Origin: Candidatus Freyarchaeum deiterrae
GTDB taxonomy: Archaea > Asgardarchaeota > Jordiarchaeia > Jordiarchaeales > Jordiarchaeaceae
Length of the DNA stretch: 64,000 nucleotides
Assembly (NCBI GenBank): GCA_037305845.1
Contig: CP147778.1
Location: 2,976,001-3,040,000, forward strand
Reading direction: 5' to 3'
Both the position numbers and the translations under genes were made by a program. Shown here piece by piece: positions 20,272-30,415 of the stretch (position 1 is its first letter; the number at the start of each line of letters is the position of its first letter). Under the pieces are notes generated by a model. It was not told the DNA's origin. It searched no databases and saw only the letters and a list, made by a program, of their open reading frames with translations.

Positions 20272-21363
20272 GTGACATTTGCGAGGAATGCAATTTTGAT
20301 TGAAGAGGTTAATGTTGACAAGCTTATCGAGCTTGTTGAGCGGAATATAGGTACTTGGAAGCCCCTAGCGGTAGCCATAGTTGACGTAAACTACAAGGTT
20401 TGGGGTGAAAAGGGGAGCGTTCCCAAAAATATTCTCGACTACTACAAGAAGTTCCCCCTATCAGGTATGCGCGTGGGGGACAGCATTAACAACAATGGCT
20501 CTTTTCTCATGAAGGTCACAGAGAAAACGGGTGTCATAGTGATTTTGGGCGACCATCAAATATCTAGGCTAGCCACAATAAATCTCAGGGGCCGGCTCAA
20601 CGCCCTGTCAGACTTCTACAATCTAGAAAAACTCGTCAAGGAACCTTTGAGTGAAGAGGTTAATGTTGACAAGCTTATCGAGCTTGTTGAGCTGAACGTA
20701 GGTAAATGGAAGCCCCTAGCGGTAGCCATAGTTGACGTAAACTACAAGCTTTGGGGCGAAAAGGGGAGCGTTCCCAAAAATATTCTCGACTACTACAAGA
20801 AGTTCTCCCTATCAGACATGCAAGTTGGAGACAACGTTAACAACAACGGCTCCTTCCTAATGAAGGTCACGAAGAAAACGGGAGTCATAGTAGTCATGGG
20901 CGACCATCAAATATCTAGGCTCGCCGCAATAAACCTAAGGGAGCGCCTCAACGCCTTATCAGACTTCTACAATCTAGAAAACCTCATCAAAGAGGAGGAA
21001 AAAAATCCTCTGAGCGAAGCAAGTAATGTAGAAAATCTAATTGAGCTCGTTGAGCGGAACATTGGTAACTGGAAGCCTTCATCGCTAGCCATAGTTGACC
21101 TAAACTACAAGGTTTGGGGCGAAAAGGGGAGCGTTCCCAAAAATATTCTCGACTACTATAAGAAGTTCCCCCTATCGGACATGCAAATGGGAGACAACAT
21201 GAACAATAGCGGTTCCTTCCTCATGAAGGTCAATGAGGAAACCGGAATCATAGCTGTTATGGGAGACCTTCAAATATCTAGGCGCGCCGCAATAACTCTC
21301 AGGGGCCGGCTTAACAACCTATCAGAGTTCTGCGCTCAGTTATCTCAAAAAAGAGAAGGATAA
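20272..21363 (+). CDS. Protein of three tandem profilin/roadblock-like domains (copy B)
   Basis: Paralogue of 16626-17708; the exact start is uncertain. Confidence 0.8.
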   Translation: MTFARNAILIEEVNVDKLIELVERNIGTWKPLAVAIVDVNYKVWGEKGSVPKNILDYYKKFPLSGMRVGDSINNNGSFLMKVTEKTGVIVILGDHQISRLATINLRGRLNALSDFYNLEKLVKEPLSEEVNVDKLIELVELNVGKWKPLAVAIVDVNYKLWGEKGSVPKNILDYYKKFSLSDMQVGDNVNNNGSFLMKVTKKTGVIVVMGDHQISRLAAINLRERLNALSDFYNLENLIKEEEKNPLSEASNVENLIELVERNIGNWKPSSLAIVDLNYKVWGEKGSVPKNILDYYKKFPLSDMQMGDNMNNSGSFLMKVNEETGIIAVMGDLQISRRAAITLRGRLNNLSEFCAQLSQKREG

Positions 21364-21489
21364 AAACCACATTTCGCGAAATGCTAAAAAGAGAGCAGAA
21401 GCATTAAATATACGAGAATAACTTAATAATTCTATACTTTTTAAAGAAAATTTTTGCTCTTTTAAAGGCTTAGGTGTGGAGGCCTTTGC

Positions 21490-21840
21490 ATGACGAATCC
21501 TAGTTTGGATAAGATGATTGAACTGGTTGAGCTGAATATTGGTCGTTTGAAGCCTGAAGCGGTGGGCATAGTTGACGTAAAATACGGGGTATGGGGTGAA
21601 AAGGGTAGTTTTCCTATGGGGACTCTCGATCATTACAAGAAGTTCCCCCTATCAGACATGCACCGAGGAGACAGCATTCACAACAACAATACGTTCCTCA
21701 TGAAGGTCACAGAGAAAACGGGAATCATAGTTGTTATGAGCGACCTCCACACAGCCAGGCTCGCAGCAATAAACCTCAGGGAGCATCTCAACGCGCTGTC
21801 AGACTTCTACAAACTCGAAAAATCAATAAAAAAAAGATAA
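21490..21840 (+). CDS. Single profilin/roadblock-like domain protein of the same family
   Basis: One copy of the repeat unit; GGAGG RBS upstream. Confidence 0.82.
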   Translation: MTNPSLDKMIELVELNIGRLKPEAVGIVDVKYGVWGEKGSFPMGTLDHYKKFPLSDMHRGDSIHNNNTFLMKVTEKTGIIVVMSDLHTARLAAINLREHLNALSDFYKLEKSIKKR

Positions 21841-22031
21841 AAAGTCTAGAATTGGGAAACCCGGAAAAACCCGAAGTAGGAAACCAAGAGTCTCATTAAA
21901 ACCCGAAGCAGGACAAGGGAAAACCCCACCCAAAAGAAAAAAATAATTTTACATCAGCGAATAATAGTATTTATTAATTTGTAAACCGATAAATTAAACT
22001 GTGCATATTTCAATTGAGGTGAATTATACTC

Positions 22032-23753
22032 ATGTTTAGATTAAAAAGGTCTGTGAAATTGCCAGACTATGTTAAGAAAAAAATCTGGTTGAAGTACTAT
22101 CCGAAGGATCTTCCCGCAAAAGTTGAAATTCCCAATAAGTCCTTACCTCAAGTATTCGAAGAAGCGGCGAAAACGCATGCTGAGGAAGTCAGCGTGATTT
22201 TTTATGGTAAAGAAGTCCGCCGCAAAGAAATCTATGAAGGGTCTTGCCGGCTTGCAACAGCGCTCCACAATATGGGAATAGGAAAGGGTGATGTGGTCGC
22301 GCTTTATCTGCCCAACTGCATAAATTTTATAATTTCATACCAGGGCATTCTAAGATCAGGGGCTATGGCTACCACTATCAATCCGCTGTTCGTGCCCCGT
22401 GAGATTGCCTACCAGTTACAGGATAGCGGAGCAGAAACCATCATAACAATGGACATGTTCTACAACAATGTGAAACAGATTAAAGATGAAACCCAGCTCA
22501 AAAACATTATTCTTTGCAACCTCAAGGGAGAGAAGCTCCAAGTCGATAAAGAAGACCTAGACAAAATATTGAACTACGACGAACTAATGGACAAAACTCC
22601 ACCAAACCCGCCGAATTTAGAGATAAACCCCACACAAGATATAGCTGTACTCCAATACACGGGCGGCACAACCGGCCTGCCTAAGGGCGTGTTGCTCACA
22701 CATCACAACCTCATAGCAAACGCATATCAAGTTGCAGCCGTGGGAAGGGCACATTTAAAAGCTATGAACGAAGACAAAGTTAGATCCATCAGTGTAATCC
22801 CTTGGTATCATATATACGGTCAGAGTAATGAGCTTGTTTTGTCTGCTTGCGAGTTGGTTCCTAAGGAGACGACCCATGCTTTTACCCAGTTTGATCCAGC
22901 TCAGATTCTTGACGCAATCCAGAAGTATAGGCCGAACGTTATGGCAGCAGTTCCTACCATTCTCGCCATGTTATTATATCATCCTAAGGCTAATGATACT
23001 GATTTTACCAGTTTGAAGGCTCTTACTATGGGTTCAAGTTCCTGTCCTATTGAGCTTTTGAAGAAGTGGGAGGAAGTGTCGGGCAATCCCCTTAGTGAAG
23101 GTTATGGTTTGACCGAGGCTAGCCCAGCTGTTCTTACTCGTCAAGCGTGGATTTTCGGTAATGTACCGGGTTCTGTTGGTGTCCCGATTCCGAGCACCCT
23201 AGCGGGTATCGTGGATCCCGATACTAATGATTTCTTACCGCTCGGTGAGCTGGGCGAACTGGTGGTTAGCGGTCCTCAAGTTATGAAGGGTTACTGGAAA
23301 CGCCCCGAAGACACTAAGAATGTATTCTTTAAGGCTGGCAGAAGGAGATGGTTGAAGACCGGCGACCTTGCACGAATGGATGAGAAGGGATACTTCTACA
23401 TTGTGGATCGTACCAAAGACATAATCAAATATAAGGGTCACAGTGTCTATCCGAGGGAAATTGAAGAAGTTTTATATGAGAACGAGGCTGTCATGGACGC
23501 TGCTGTTATCGGTGTGCCTGACTCCATGGTGGGTGAGCAGATCAAGGCTTTTATCGTTTTGAAGCCCGGTTTTAAGGGTAAGGTTAAAGAGTACGAAATT
23601 CTAGACTGGTGCAAAGAGCGTATGGGAGGGGACAAGTATCCAAGGAGCATAGAGTTAAGGGACTCTCTCCCCAAGAGTCTGATTGGTAAGACTCTAAGAA
23701 AAGTGCTGAGAGAACAGGAAGCAAAGAAAGCACGGGACACAGAGGTCGTTTAG
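22032..23753 (+). CDS. fadD: Long-chain fatty acid--CoA ligase (copy B)
   Basis: YTGGTTGLPKG, GYGLTE, TGD; paralogue of 18202-19944. Confidence 0.93.
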   Translation: MFRLKRSVKLPDYVKKKIWLKYYPKDLPAKVEIPNKSLPQVFEEAAKTHAEEVSVIFYGKEVRRKEIYEGSCRLATALHNMGIGKGDVVALYLPNCINFIISYQGILRSGAMATTINPLFVPREIAYQLQDSGAETIITMDMFYNNVKQIKDETQLKNIILCNLKGEKLQVDKEDLDKILNYDELMDKTPPNPPNLEINPTQDIAVLQYTGGTTGLPKGVLLTHHNLIANAYQVAAVGRAHLKAMNEDKVRSISVIPWYHIYGQSNELVLSACELVPKETTHAFTQFDPAQILDAIQKYRPNVMAAVPTILAMLLYHPKANDTDFTSLKALTMGSSSCPIELLKKWEEVSGNPLSEGYGLTEASPAVLTRQAWIFGNVPGSVGVPIPSTLAGIVDPDTNDFLPLGELGELVVSGPQVMKGYWKRPEDTKNVFFKAGRRRWLKTGDLARMDEKGYFYIVDRTKDIIKYKGHSVYPREIEEVLYENEAVMDAAVIGVPDSMVGEQIKAFIVLKPGFKGKVKEYEILDWCKERMGGDKYPRSIELRDSLPKSLIGKTLRKVLREQEAKKARDTEVV

Positions 23754-24009
23754 AATTTTCCTTCTCTTTTTTTTGTCTTTTTTTATTTTATAGCTTTTTG
23801 GCGAGTTTTGCGAATTGGTTTGTATCGTTTTCTTATTGTATAATGACTATATACCTAAACTTACAACCCTTGGAATTGCAATTCAATATTATCGCAATTA
23901 TTATGAACTATTTCGCGTTAAATATTCATGAAATATACAGATAATGCAGTTTTTTTCTCCTATTTTGCGAAAATAATATATGTACTTATTTTAAGTATAT
24001 TATGTAGCA

Positions 24010-24300
24010 ATGCTATTAAAAGGGGTGAAAGCAACAATGACAAAAAGGCAAAGAATAGAGTTTCCTAGAACAGTGAGACTCAATCTATTATATTGGCTGT
24101 ACTTCTGGAATCCCATATGTCTTGGTTTGTCATTCGTAGGTTTAATTGTTTCATTTATCTACTCGAATCCATGGGCGGTAACGGCCTTTGGATTAGGATT
24201 GGTTACTTCGCTTTGCCTAGAAGTTTGGAGAAGCTACTTGAAGCTGAAATACAATAAAGCCAACATAACGCAAAAAGCACAAGATAGAGAAAAAGACTAA
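24010..24300 (+). CDS. Small two-TM membrane protein; start possibly ATG 24037
   Basis: Two hydrophobic segments; GGGGTGA RBS before the second Met. Confidence 0.65.
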   Translation: MLLKGVKATMTKRQRIEFPRTVRLNLLYWLYFWNPICLGLSFVGLIVSFIYSNPWAVTAFGLGLVTSLCLEVWRSYLKLKYNKANITQKAQDREKD

Positions 24301-24569
24301 TTAAAGTGCTCTTCACTTATTTTTTGTATTATAAAAATTTTCCAAGCAATTCTTCTTTGTTTTTCCGTTTTATCCTATTTTGAGATTAAATACGATAATG
24401 ATTATCTCTACTGAAAACTTAAAATGTTGAATGCATTGCATTAAGATTGATTATTACAATTTTTCCTCATGTAACTATAAGACGAAGATCTTTTTGACTT
24501 GATGCTAGTTTTTTTCAGACATATGTATGCAATATTTAATGTCAGTTTCAAAAAGTTTAATTAGGCGAC

Positions 24570-25328
24570 ATGAATATTACCAAAGCCATGGATCCAATAT
24601 CGCAATTTTTGGCGCAATACATAAACTTCCTCATGAATCTCATTCCTCCATCTGGTTTACTGCAGCAATTATCAAGATTTCTCATGAATTTCATTTCTTC
24701 CGTAGGCTACCCTGGAGTCTTCCTACTTATGATTGCGGAGAGTGCGGTTCTCCCAGTGCCCAGCGAGGTTGTCATGCCTTTCGCTGGCTACTTGGCTTAT
24801 ACCGGCACGTTTGATATTTGGCTTGTAACACTTATGGGTGTCCTAGGCAACCTAGTCGGCTCTTGGATAGCGTACATTGTAGGTTTAAAGGTTGGAAGGG
24901 CCGGGATTATAAAATACGGCAAATATATTCTGCTTAGAGAGAGCCATGTTGAACAAGCAGAGAGCTGGTTCCAAAAATATGGAGACAAAGCCATTTTCGC
25001 AAGCAGACTTTTGCCAGTTCTTAGAACTGTAATTTCTCTGCCAGCTGGAATTGGTAAAATGGATCCCAAAAAGTTCACACTATATACTTTCGTTGGGTCT
25101 ATCCCTTGGGATTTCGCTCTCGCTTATCTAGGATATACACTCGGACAAAATTGGAACGCAATCGAGGGCTATTTTAAATACATTGACATTTTAATCATAG
25201 TGGCCGCAGTTGCTATCATAGCATTCTACATCATAAGAAGGAGAAGAAGAAAATCAACACAGCCTAAGCAATATGGTAAGGCTGAGGCTAAAGAGTCTAA
25301 GACAGCTTCTAAGGCAAAGAAAGCGTAA
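24570..25328 (+). CDS. dedA: DedA family membrane protein
   Basis: AESAVLPVPSEVVMPFAG, FQKYG, SRLLPVLRTVISLPAG. Confidence 0.93.
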   Translation: MNITKAMDPISQFLAQYINFLMNLIPPSGLLQQLSRFLMNFISSVGYPGVFLLMIAESAVLPVPSEVVMPFAGYLAYTGTFDIWLVTLMGVLGNLVGSWIAYIVGLKVGRAGIIKYGKYILLRESHVEQAESWFQKYGDKAIFASRLLPVLRTVISLPAGIGKMDPKKFTLYTFVGSIPWDFALAYLGYTLGQNWNAIEGYFKYIDILIIVAAVAIIAFYIIRRRRRKSTQPKQYGKAEAKESKTASKAKKA

Positions 25329-25536
25329 ACCGCCTCTAAAATAGAGGATGCTTAAGAATTAGAGGGTCTCTCTTTTTTATTTCATCCAATGCCACAAAAA
25401 CCTTCAATCCATTTTCCGCTTTGTTCCCTATTTTTAGCCATTTTAAACGGAACTGAAGGATAAAATTATTCTTATTAAAAAAATTTAAATATCGATTGCA
25501 AGGATTGCTATAAACAAAAGTAATGGAGGGTAAAGT

Positions 25537-26676
25537 TTGCCTATAGATTTTGGTTTTACCCCAGAGCAGGAAAAGCTAAGAGCTTCTGTGAAAGAGTGGT
25601 GTCAAAAAGAGATTACTCCATTAGTGAATGAGATGGAAGAGAAAGAAGAATTCAATAAAGGTCTCGTCGCTAAATTTAAGAAAAAATTTCTGAACATGTG
25701 GATTCCCAAAAAGTATGGAGGAACAGACGCCGATACTGTTGATATATGCATTGTGGCTGAAGAAGTCGGCTACGCTTGTGGCTCATGTCTAACCCTCCTT
25801 GAGGTAGGAGGTTTAGGATGCTTACCAATTGTATTCGGTGGAACCGAGGAACAGAAAAAGAAATTCCTAGTGCCAATAGCGAACGGAGAACATTTTTACG
25901 GTTTCGGATTAACCGATGAGGGATCAGGCTCAGACGTCGCAAACATGAAGCTAACAGCCGAGAAGAAAAACGGTGAATACGTTCTAAACGGTATGAAACG
26001 CTTAATAAGTAACTGTGATATAGCCCACAGCATTACCGTCTTCGCGAAAACAGATCCCGAAAAAGGAGCTGGAGGCATTAGCGCCTTCGTGGTTGATCTC
26101 GGAACCCCGGGATTTGTTATTGGTAAAAGACTGTGGGGGTGGGGAATAAAAGTACACCACACAAACGAATTAGAGTTCCATGACTGTGCATTACCTGCGG
26201 AAAGACTGTTAGGTGAAGAGAATAAAGGCTTCGTCTACGCCATGAAAACACTTGACAGAACCAGACTGGTTTTAGCTGCGGGCAATGTAGGAATAGGCCG
26301 AGCCGCCTTCGACGTAGCAGTAAAGTTCTCACAGGAAAGAGAGGCTTTCGGAAAACCCATATCAGAAAATCAGGCAATAAGTTTCAGACTCGCCGAATTA
26401 GCAACAGAGATTGAAGCCGCACGCCTCCTAGCGTACAAGGCAGCCTGGCTGGATAACAAGAAGGTTCGCCATACTGTAGAGACATCGATGGCTAAGTACT
26501 ACGCCTGCGAGTTGGCAGCAAAATCAGCTGAGTCCGCTGTGAAAATACTGGGCGGCTACGGTTGGAGCAAAGATTACCCAGTTATGATTCATCTACACGA
26601 CGCGCTGGGATTCATTAACGCTCAGGGAACATCAGAAATACACAAATTGATAATATCAAGATCCCTATACGATTAA
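25537..26676 (+). CDS. Acyl-CoA dehydrogenase
   Basis: FGLTDEGSGSD, LNGMKRLISN, REAFGKPI, ILGGYG, GTSEIH. Confidence 0.95.
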   Translation: MPIDFGFTPEQEKLRASVKEWCQKEITPLVNEMEEKEEFNKGLVAKFKKKFLNMWIPKKYGGTDADTVDICIVAEEVGYACGSCLTLLEVGGLGCLPIVFGGTEEQKKKFLVPIANGEHFYGFGLTDEGSGSDVANMKLTAEKKNGEYVLNGMKRLISNCDIAHSITVFAKTDPEKGAGGISAFVVDLGTPGFVIGKRLWGWGIKVHHTNELEFHDCALPAERLLGEENKGFVYAMKTLDRTRLVLAAGNVGIGRAAFDVAVKFSQEREAFGKPISENQAISFRLAELATEIEAARLLAYKAAWLDNKKVRHTVETSMAKYYACELAAKSAESAVKILGGYGWSKDYPVMIHLHDALGFINAQGTSEIHKLIISRSLYD

Positions 26677-26791
26677 ATTCTATTCCTTTTTTTTATATTA
26701 TTGTGATGCAAATGTATAGTTATTTCACTTTGAATTATCTGTTTGGATTTTTGGTGTAGTTGTACTCAGAACTATTTTTTGTAAAATTCTA

Positions 26792-27040
26792 TTATTCATG
26801 TTTCAGAACATGCTCTCTTAGAGTGGTGGTTTTCTCGGGCAAATATTTCTCCAAGATCTCAATTATCTGCTCGTTTATTTTTTCGTGTTGAGGTCCACAG
26901 GCGCTTACACTTTGTTTACCCCTTAAGATGCCTGCAGTGTTTTCGGTTATGCGGATCAGCTCGGTGGCAATTACTCCATTTAACCAGATAAGATCCTTTA
27001 GTAGTTCCTTCAACTCGTTCAGTTCTTTTTCAGCTTTCAC
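26792..27040 (-). CDS. Small helical hypothetical protein
   Basis: GTG start at 27040 after a GGGTGA RBS (ORF track starts at 27088); WLNGVIATELIRITENT. Confidence 0.65.
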   Translation of the reverse strand: MKAEKELNELKELLKDLIWLNGVIATELIRITENTAGILRGKQSVSACGPQHEKINEQIIEILEKYLPEKTTTLREHVLKHE

Positions 27041-27175
27041 ACAAATCACCCAGAATAACCCTTCAATAATAATTTCAAGTATATACAAAAAATTTTTTAT
27101 CTTAAAAGACTAGATTTTTTGACTTTAGTTTTGTTTAGAATGTTTAAAAAATGTGTCAAAAAATTGTTTTCATTT

Positions 27176-28195
27176 CTACTGTGTTTCCTGCTCTTTTTTT
27201 AATAAGAGTTCTCCTGCAGATTTAAAGAATTCGTCTACGTTTGTACCGAGTTTAGCGCTTGTTTCGAAGTAGGGTGCGTTTATCTCTTGAGCGTATTTCG
27301 AACACTCTGGCAATGGTATTTTTCTCTCTAAATCATTTTTGTTGCCAATCACAATTATTGATTGAAGGTTGCCAAAAGAGTTGTATACCTCCCAACGCCA
27401 CTTCTCCAAGTTTTTGAATGATTCGGGGTTGGTTAAGTCGAAAACTAGAACGACTAGGTCGGCGTCAATGTAGAGCTCCTTTCTCATTTCTTCAAAGTTA
27501 GCTGAACCAGCAAAATCCCAGAAATGCAGACGCACTTTGTTTTTTGCGATTTCTAGCTGTTTTGCAGTGAAGTCGCATCCAATAGTGGGGGAGTACTCTG
27601 TTGGGAATTTGTTTTCGGTGACTTTTTTAATTATACTTGTTTTCCCCACTTTTTTATCCCCCACAACAATAATCTTAAACATGAAAGTCTTTGATCTTCT
27701 AAGGACCTGCTTTAATGATGATGCGGCTGTTTTGGATGGTTCTTGGAGGGGAATTGAGGTTTTGGATATTACCTCTGTTGTCTCTGGAGTGATTAATTCG
27801 CGAATCCTACTCTGTAACAACATTCCATCGACTTTCACTCCAAATCCGGTAAACGGTTGTACATTTCCGTCCCATTGCTCGAGTAGGGGACCAAAATTTT
27901 TGATAAAAGCATCCAGTATATTGCCTAAGAAGCCTCTAACCAATTCTTCGTTGTCTTCCTTACCAACAACTGCCACCGCCATAATACTGTCACGCGGCTC
28001 ATAGAGCACTCTGTAATTTTTAAGAAGAATCTCCCGAAGACTCTCATCATCCGCACCCTGAATAAGTTTGCTGGAGAATCTAAGTATTGCGGTTAGAAAA
28101 CCTCCAATAAGGTTTTCATCGATTTCAATGGAACCATACTTTCTGCAAAGAATACAGATACCCCTACTATCGATAATGTAGATTCCCTGAATCAT
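27176..28195 (-). CDS. Longin-like domain fused to a Rab-like small GTPase
   Basis: N-terminal IQGIYIIDSRGICI...LIGGFLTAI-x2-F; G1 GDKKVGKTS, G2 YSPTIG, G3 WDFAG, G4 NKND, G5 ETSAK. Start placed at ATG 28195. Confidence 0.9.
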   Translation of the reverse strand: MIQGIYIIDSRGICILCRKYGSIEIDENLIGGFLTAILRFSSKLIQGADDESLREILLKNYRVLYEPRDSIMAVAVVGKEDNEELVRGFLGNILDAFIKNFGPLLEQWDGNVQPFTGFGVKVDGMLLQSRIRELITPETTEVISKTSIPLQEPSKTAASSLKQVLRRSKTFMFKIIVVGDKKVGKTSIIKKVTENKFPTEYSPTIGCDFTAKQLEIAKNKVRLHFWDFAGSANFEEMRKELYIDADLVVLVFDLTNPESFKNLEKWRWEVYNSFGNLQSIIVIGNKNDLERKIPLPECSKYAQEINAPYFETSAKLGTNVDEFFKSAGELLLKKEQETQ

Positions 28196-28612
28196 AAGGG
28201 TAAACCACACAATAATAATCATTCTCTGAATCAAAAGTAGTGAAGTTGCACTTAAATTCTTTATTATACCCTCTCCTAATGGTTCAATGTCAAGTTACTA
28301 TAAATAAACAACATTACCCTATTCAATTCAAGGCAAAAATTTGTAAAACGTTGATAGCTCAAGCTTGACGGTTGTTGATATTTTCAGAATAAAAAAGGGG
28401 GAAAGATAGACGAGAGTTGGGATATCATTCAGGAAATTCCAGAGAAGATGACACATAAAAATGAAGTTTTCTAAGCCAAGCCAAGTCCGGCCCGCGGTTC
28501 ATAGTAAGTGTGTTAAAATATCCTGTTCACTATTAAATTATTCACTCAAGAACTCCATTTACTTAACAAAGCTCATACGCTAAGCTTTTAAAATCCAACT
28601 TTGTTGTGAAGT

Positions 28613-29518
28613 GTGGTGATATTTATGGATTTTGAATTTCCTCCCTATCGTCCACCATCTGAGGCTTACAGTATGCTCATTAGGGTGACTAGGAACTGTC
28701 CTTGGAATAAGTGTGCCTTCTGTAGTATGTATAAGGGTCAAAAATTTTCGAGGAGACCGTTGGATGACGTTAAGAACGATATATCCATGGCGGCCGATGT
28801 TTACGGGGAAAGACCCACAATGTTCTGGGCAGACAGTAACTCCATCGTTCTAAAAACCGAGGAACTGGAAGAAATTCTAAACCACACCTACAAAGTTTAT
28901 CCCAACTTGGAAAGAATAACTAGCTACGCCCGAGCGAAAACCATTCTTCACACAAAAACCGTGGAAGAATTGAAAAGACTGCATGAGGCTGGGCTCACTA
29001 GACTGCATTTGGGTCTTGAAACTGGAGACGACTGGCTTTTGAAATTCATAAACAAGGGTGCAACTGGGGAGGAAATGATTAAAGGTGGAAGAATGGTGGT
29101 GGAATCCGGAATTCATCTCAGCGAGTATGTGATTCTGGGTTTGGGTGGAGTGGAGAGAAGCCAAATACACGCAAAGGAAACAGCTAAGGTATTAAACCAG
29201 ATAGACCCCGCTTTTATCCGCGTCCGCACACTAATACCAGTACCCACAACCCCGTTACACGAAGCCTTTCAAAAAGGAGTTCTTCATCTGTGCACCCCAC
29301 TAGATATTTTAAAAGAAACCAGAACGCTGATTGCTGAACTGGAAGTTAACAGCGAGTTTATTAGCGACCATGTTTCCAACTATTTAACAGTGGAGGGCAA
29401 ACTACCCGAAGATAAGGATACCATGTTGGAGTTTCTAGACTCCCACATTGAACTTTTAGAGCTCGACCCTGAAACCGGGAGAAAACTTCTCCAACCAGAA
29501 TACCTAAGAAGGCTCTAA
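28613..29518 (+). CDS. Radical SAM protein
   Basis: RPPSEA...CPWNKCAFC, GLETG, SDHVSNY. Confidence 0.92.
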   Translation: MVIFMDFEFPPYRPPSEAYSMLIRVTRNCPWNKCAFCSMYKGQKFSRRPLDDVKNDISMAADVYGERPTMFWADSNSIVLKTEELEEILNHTYKVYPNLERITSYARAKTILHTKTVEELKRLHEAGLTRLHLGLETGDDWLLKFINKGATGEEMIKGGRMVVESGIHLSEYVILGLGGVERSQIHAKETAKVLNQIDPAFIRVRTLIPVPTTPLHEAFQKGVLHLCTPLDILKETRTLIAELEVNSEFISDHVSNYLTVEGKLPEDKDTMLEFLDSHIELLELDPETGRKLLQPEYLRRL

Positions 29519-29548
29519 AAATAATATAGTTTAAAAATCTCACTCAAA

Positions 29549-30220
29549 CTATTTTTCAAATATTTTCAGAATCTCCCCCAAATCATGTATCACTAGATCC
29601 GCATTCTGTACTAGTTCTTCGGCTGGCCTGTAGGCTACGCCCAAACCTGGCACCGAGAGAAAGGATTTGTCAAATCTACTATCCCCCACTGCAATGCACT
29701 CATCAAGTTTAAAACCGTAGGATTCTGCAACCTTTTTAAGAGCTTCATCCTTTTTCAGTAGCTCCACTCTAAAAATTCCCTCACCCGTCAGAAAACCATT
29801 CCTGTCTACTTCTAGACCGTTAGCCACAGCACACTTTACACCTAATTTACCACCCACGTCCTTAGCTCTGATATCTATACCTGCTGATATTATACAAATT
29901 TTTAGTCCCAAATCTCCCAGCTTTTTTATGACGCGCTTGGCGTGTGGCTGAAACTTATAATCCAAAAGAACTCTTTCAACCTCATCGACGTGTGGGGGTG
30001 GTTGCCAGAGCTTGATGTCCCTTCTCATAAATTCCGAGTAATCAATTTTTCTCTCTAAGTAGTCTTTCAAATTTGTTTGATTTTCTACTCCGAAGTGCCT
30101 ATGCAGAGTCTGCCAACTATTGAATCCAGAGATTATTGTTCCATCCATATCGAAAGCGATTAAGCGGTATTCTCTCAAAACAATCTTCACCTGAATGACA
30201 TTAGTTGATTCTCCTCTCAT
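29549..30220 (-). CDS. HAD-IB phosphatase (SerB-like)
   Basis: FDMDGT, ISAG, conserved K, VGDS-x2-D. Confidence 0.9.
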   Translation of the reverse strand: MRGESTNVIQVKIVLREYRLIAFDMDGTIISGFNSWQTLHRHFGVENQTNLKDYLERKIDYSEFMRRDIKLWQPPPHVDEVERVLLDYKFQPHAKRVIKKLGDLGLKICIISAGIDIRAKDVGGKLGVKCAVANGLEVDRNGFLTGEGIFRVELLKKDEALKKVAESYGFKLDECIAVGDSRFDKSFLSVPGLGVAYRPAEELVQNADLVIHDLGEILKIFEK

Positions 30221-30415
30221 TTGGCTAATCTTTAAACTTGATTTATTTAATCTACTTTAGAGATTCGTTAAAATAATCTCAGCAAAACTCTTTTTTCTAT
30301 ACATAAAAACTTTTAACACTCTACCTGATTTATTCTAGCTATGGAAACATATAAGTTAGATTTTAACCTACGTGAATTAGCAAATTCCAAAATTATTATT
30401 TGAAGGGGTAATTTT

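Larger units (their letters stand above)
16205..23930. repeat. Tandem segmental duplication, two units of ~3.8-3.9 kb (about 16205-20130 and 20130-23930)
   Basis: Gene order is identical and the intergenic DNA is homologous, e.g. ttatcagctcagtt.gatttttacatg at 16211 and 20134, caattgaggtgaattatact.atg before both ligases, tagaattttccttctc after both ligases. Confidence 0.92.

Noticed and set aside
16626-21840. Near-identical repeats as a diversity-generating retroelement TR/VR pair or a CRISPR array
   Set aside because: There is no reverse transcriptase or cas gene, the differences are not adenine-specific, and the repeats are in-frame protein domains.
28613-29518. CX4CX2C spacing in the radical SAM motif
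   Set aside because: This spacing is normal for the RPPSEA-type subfamily.
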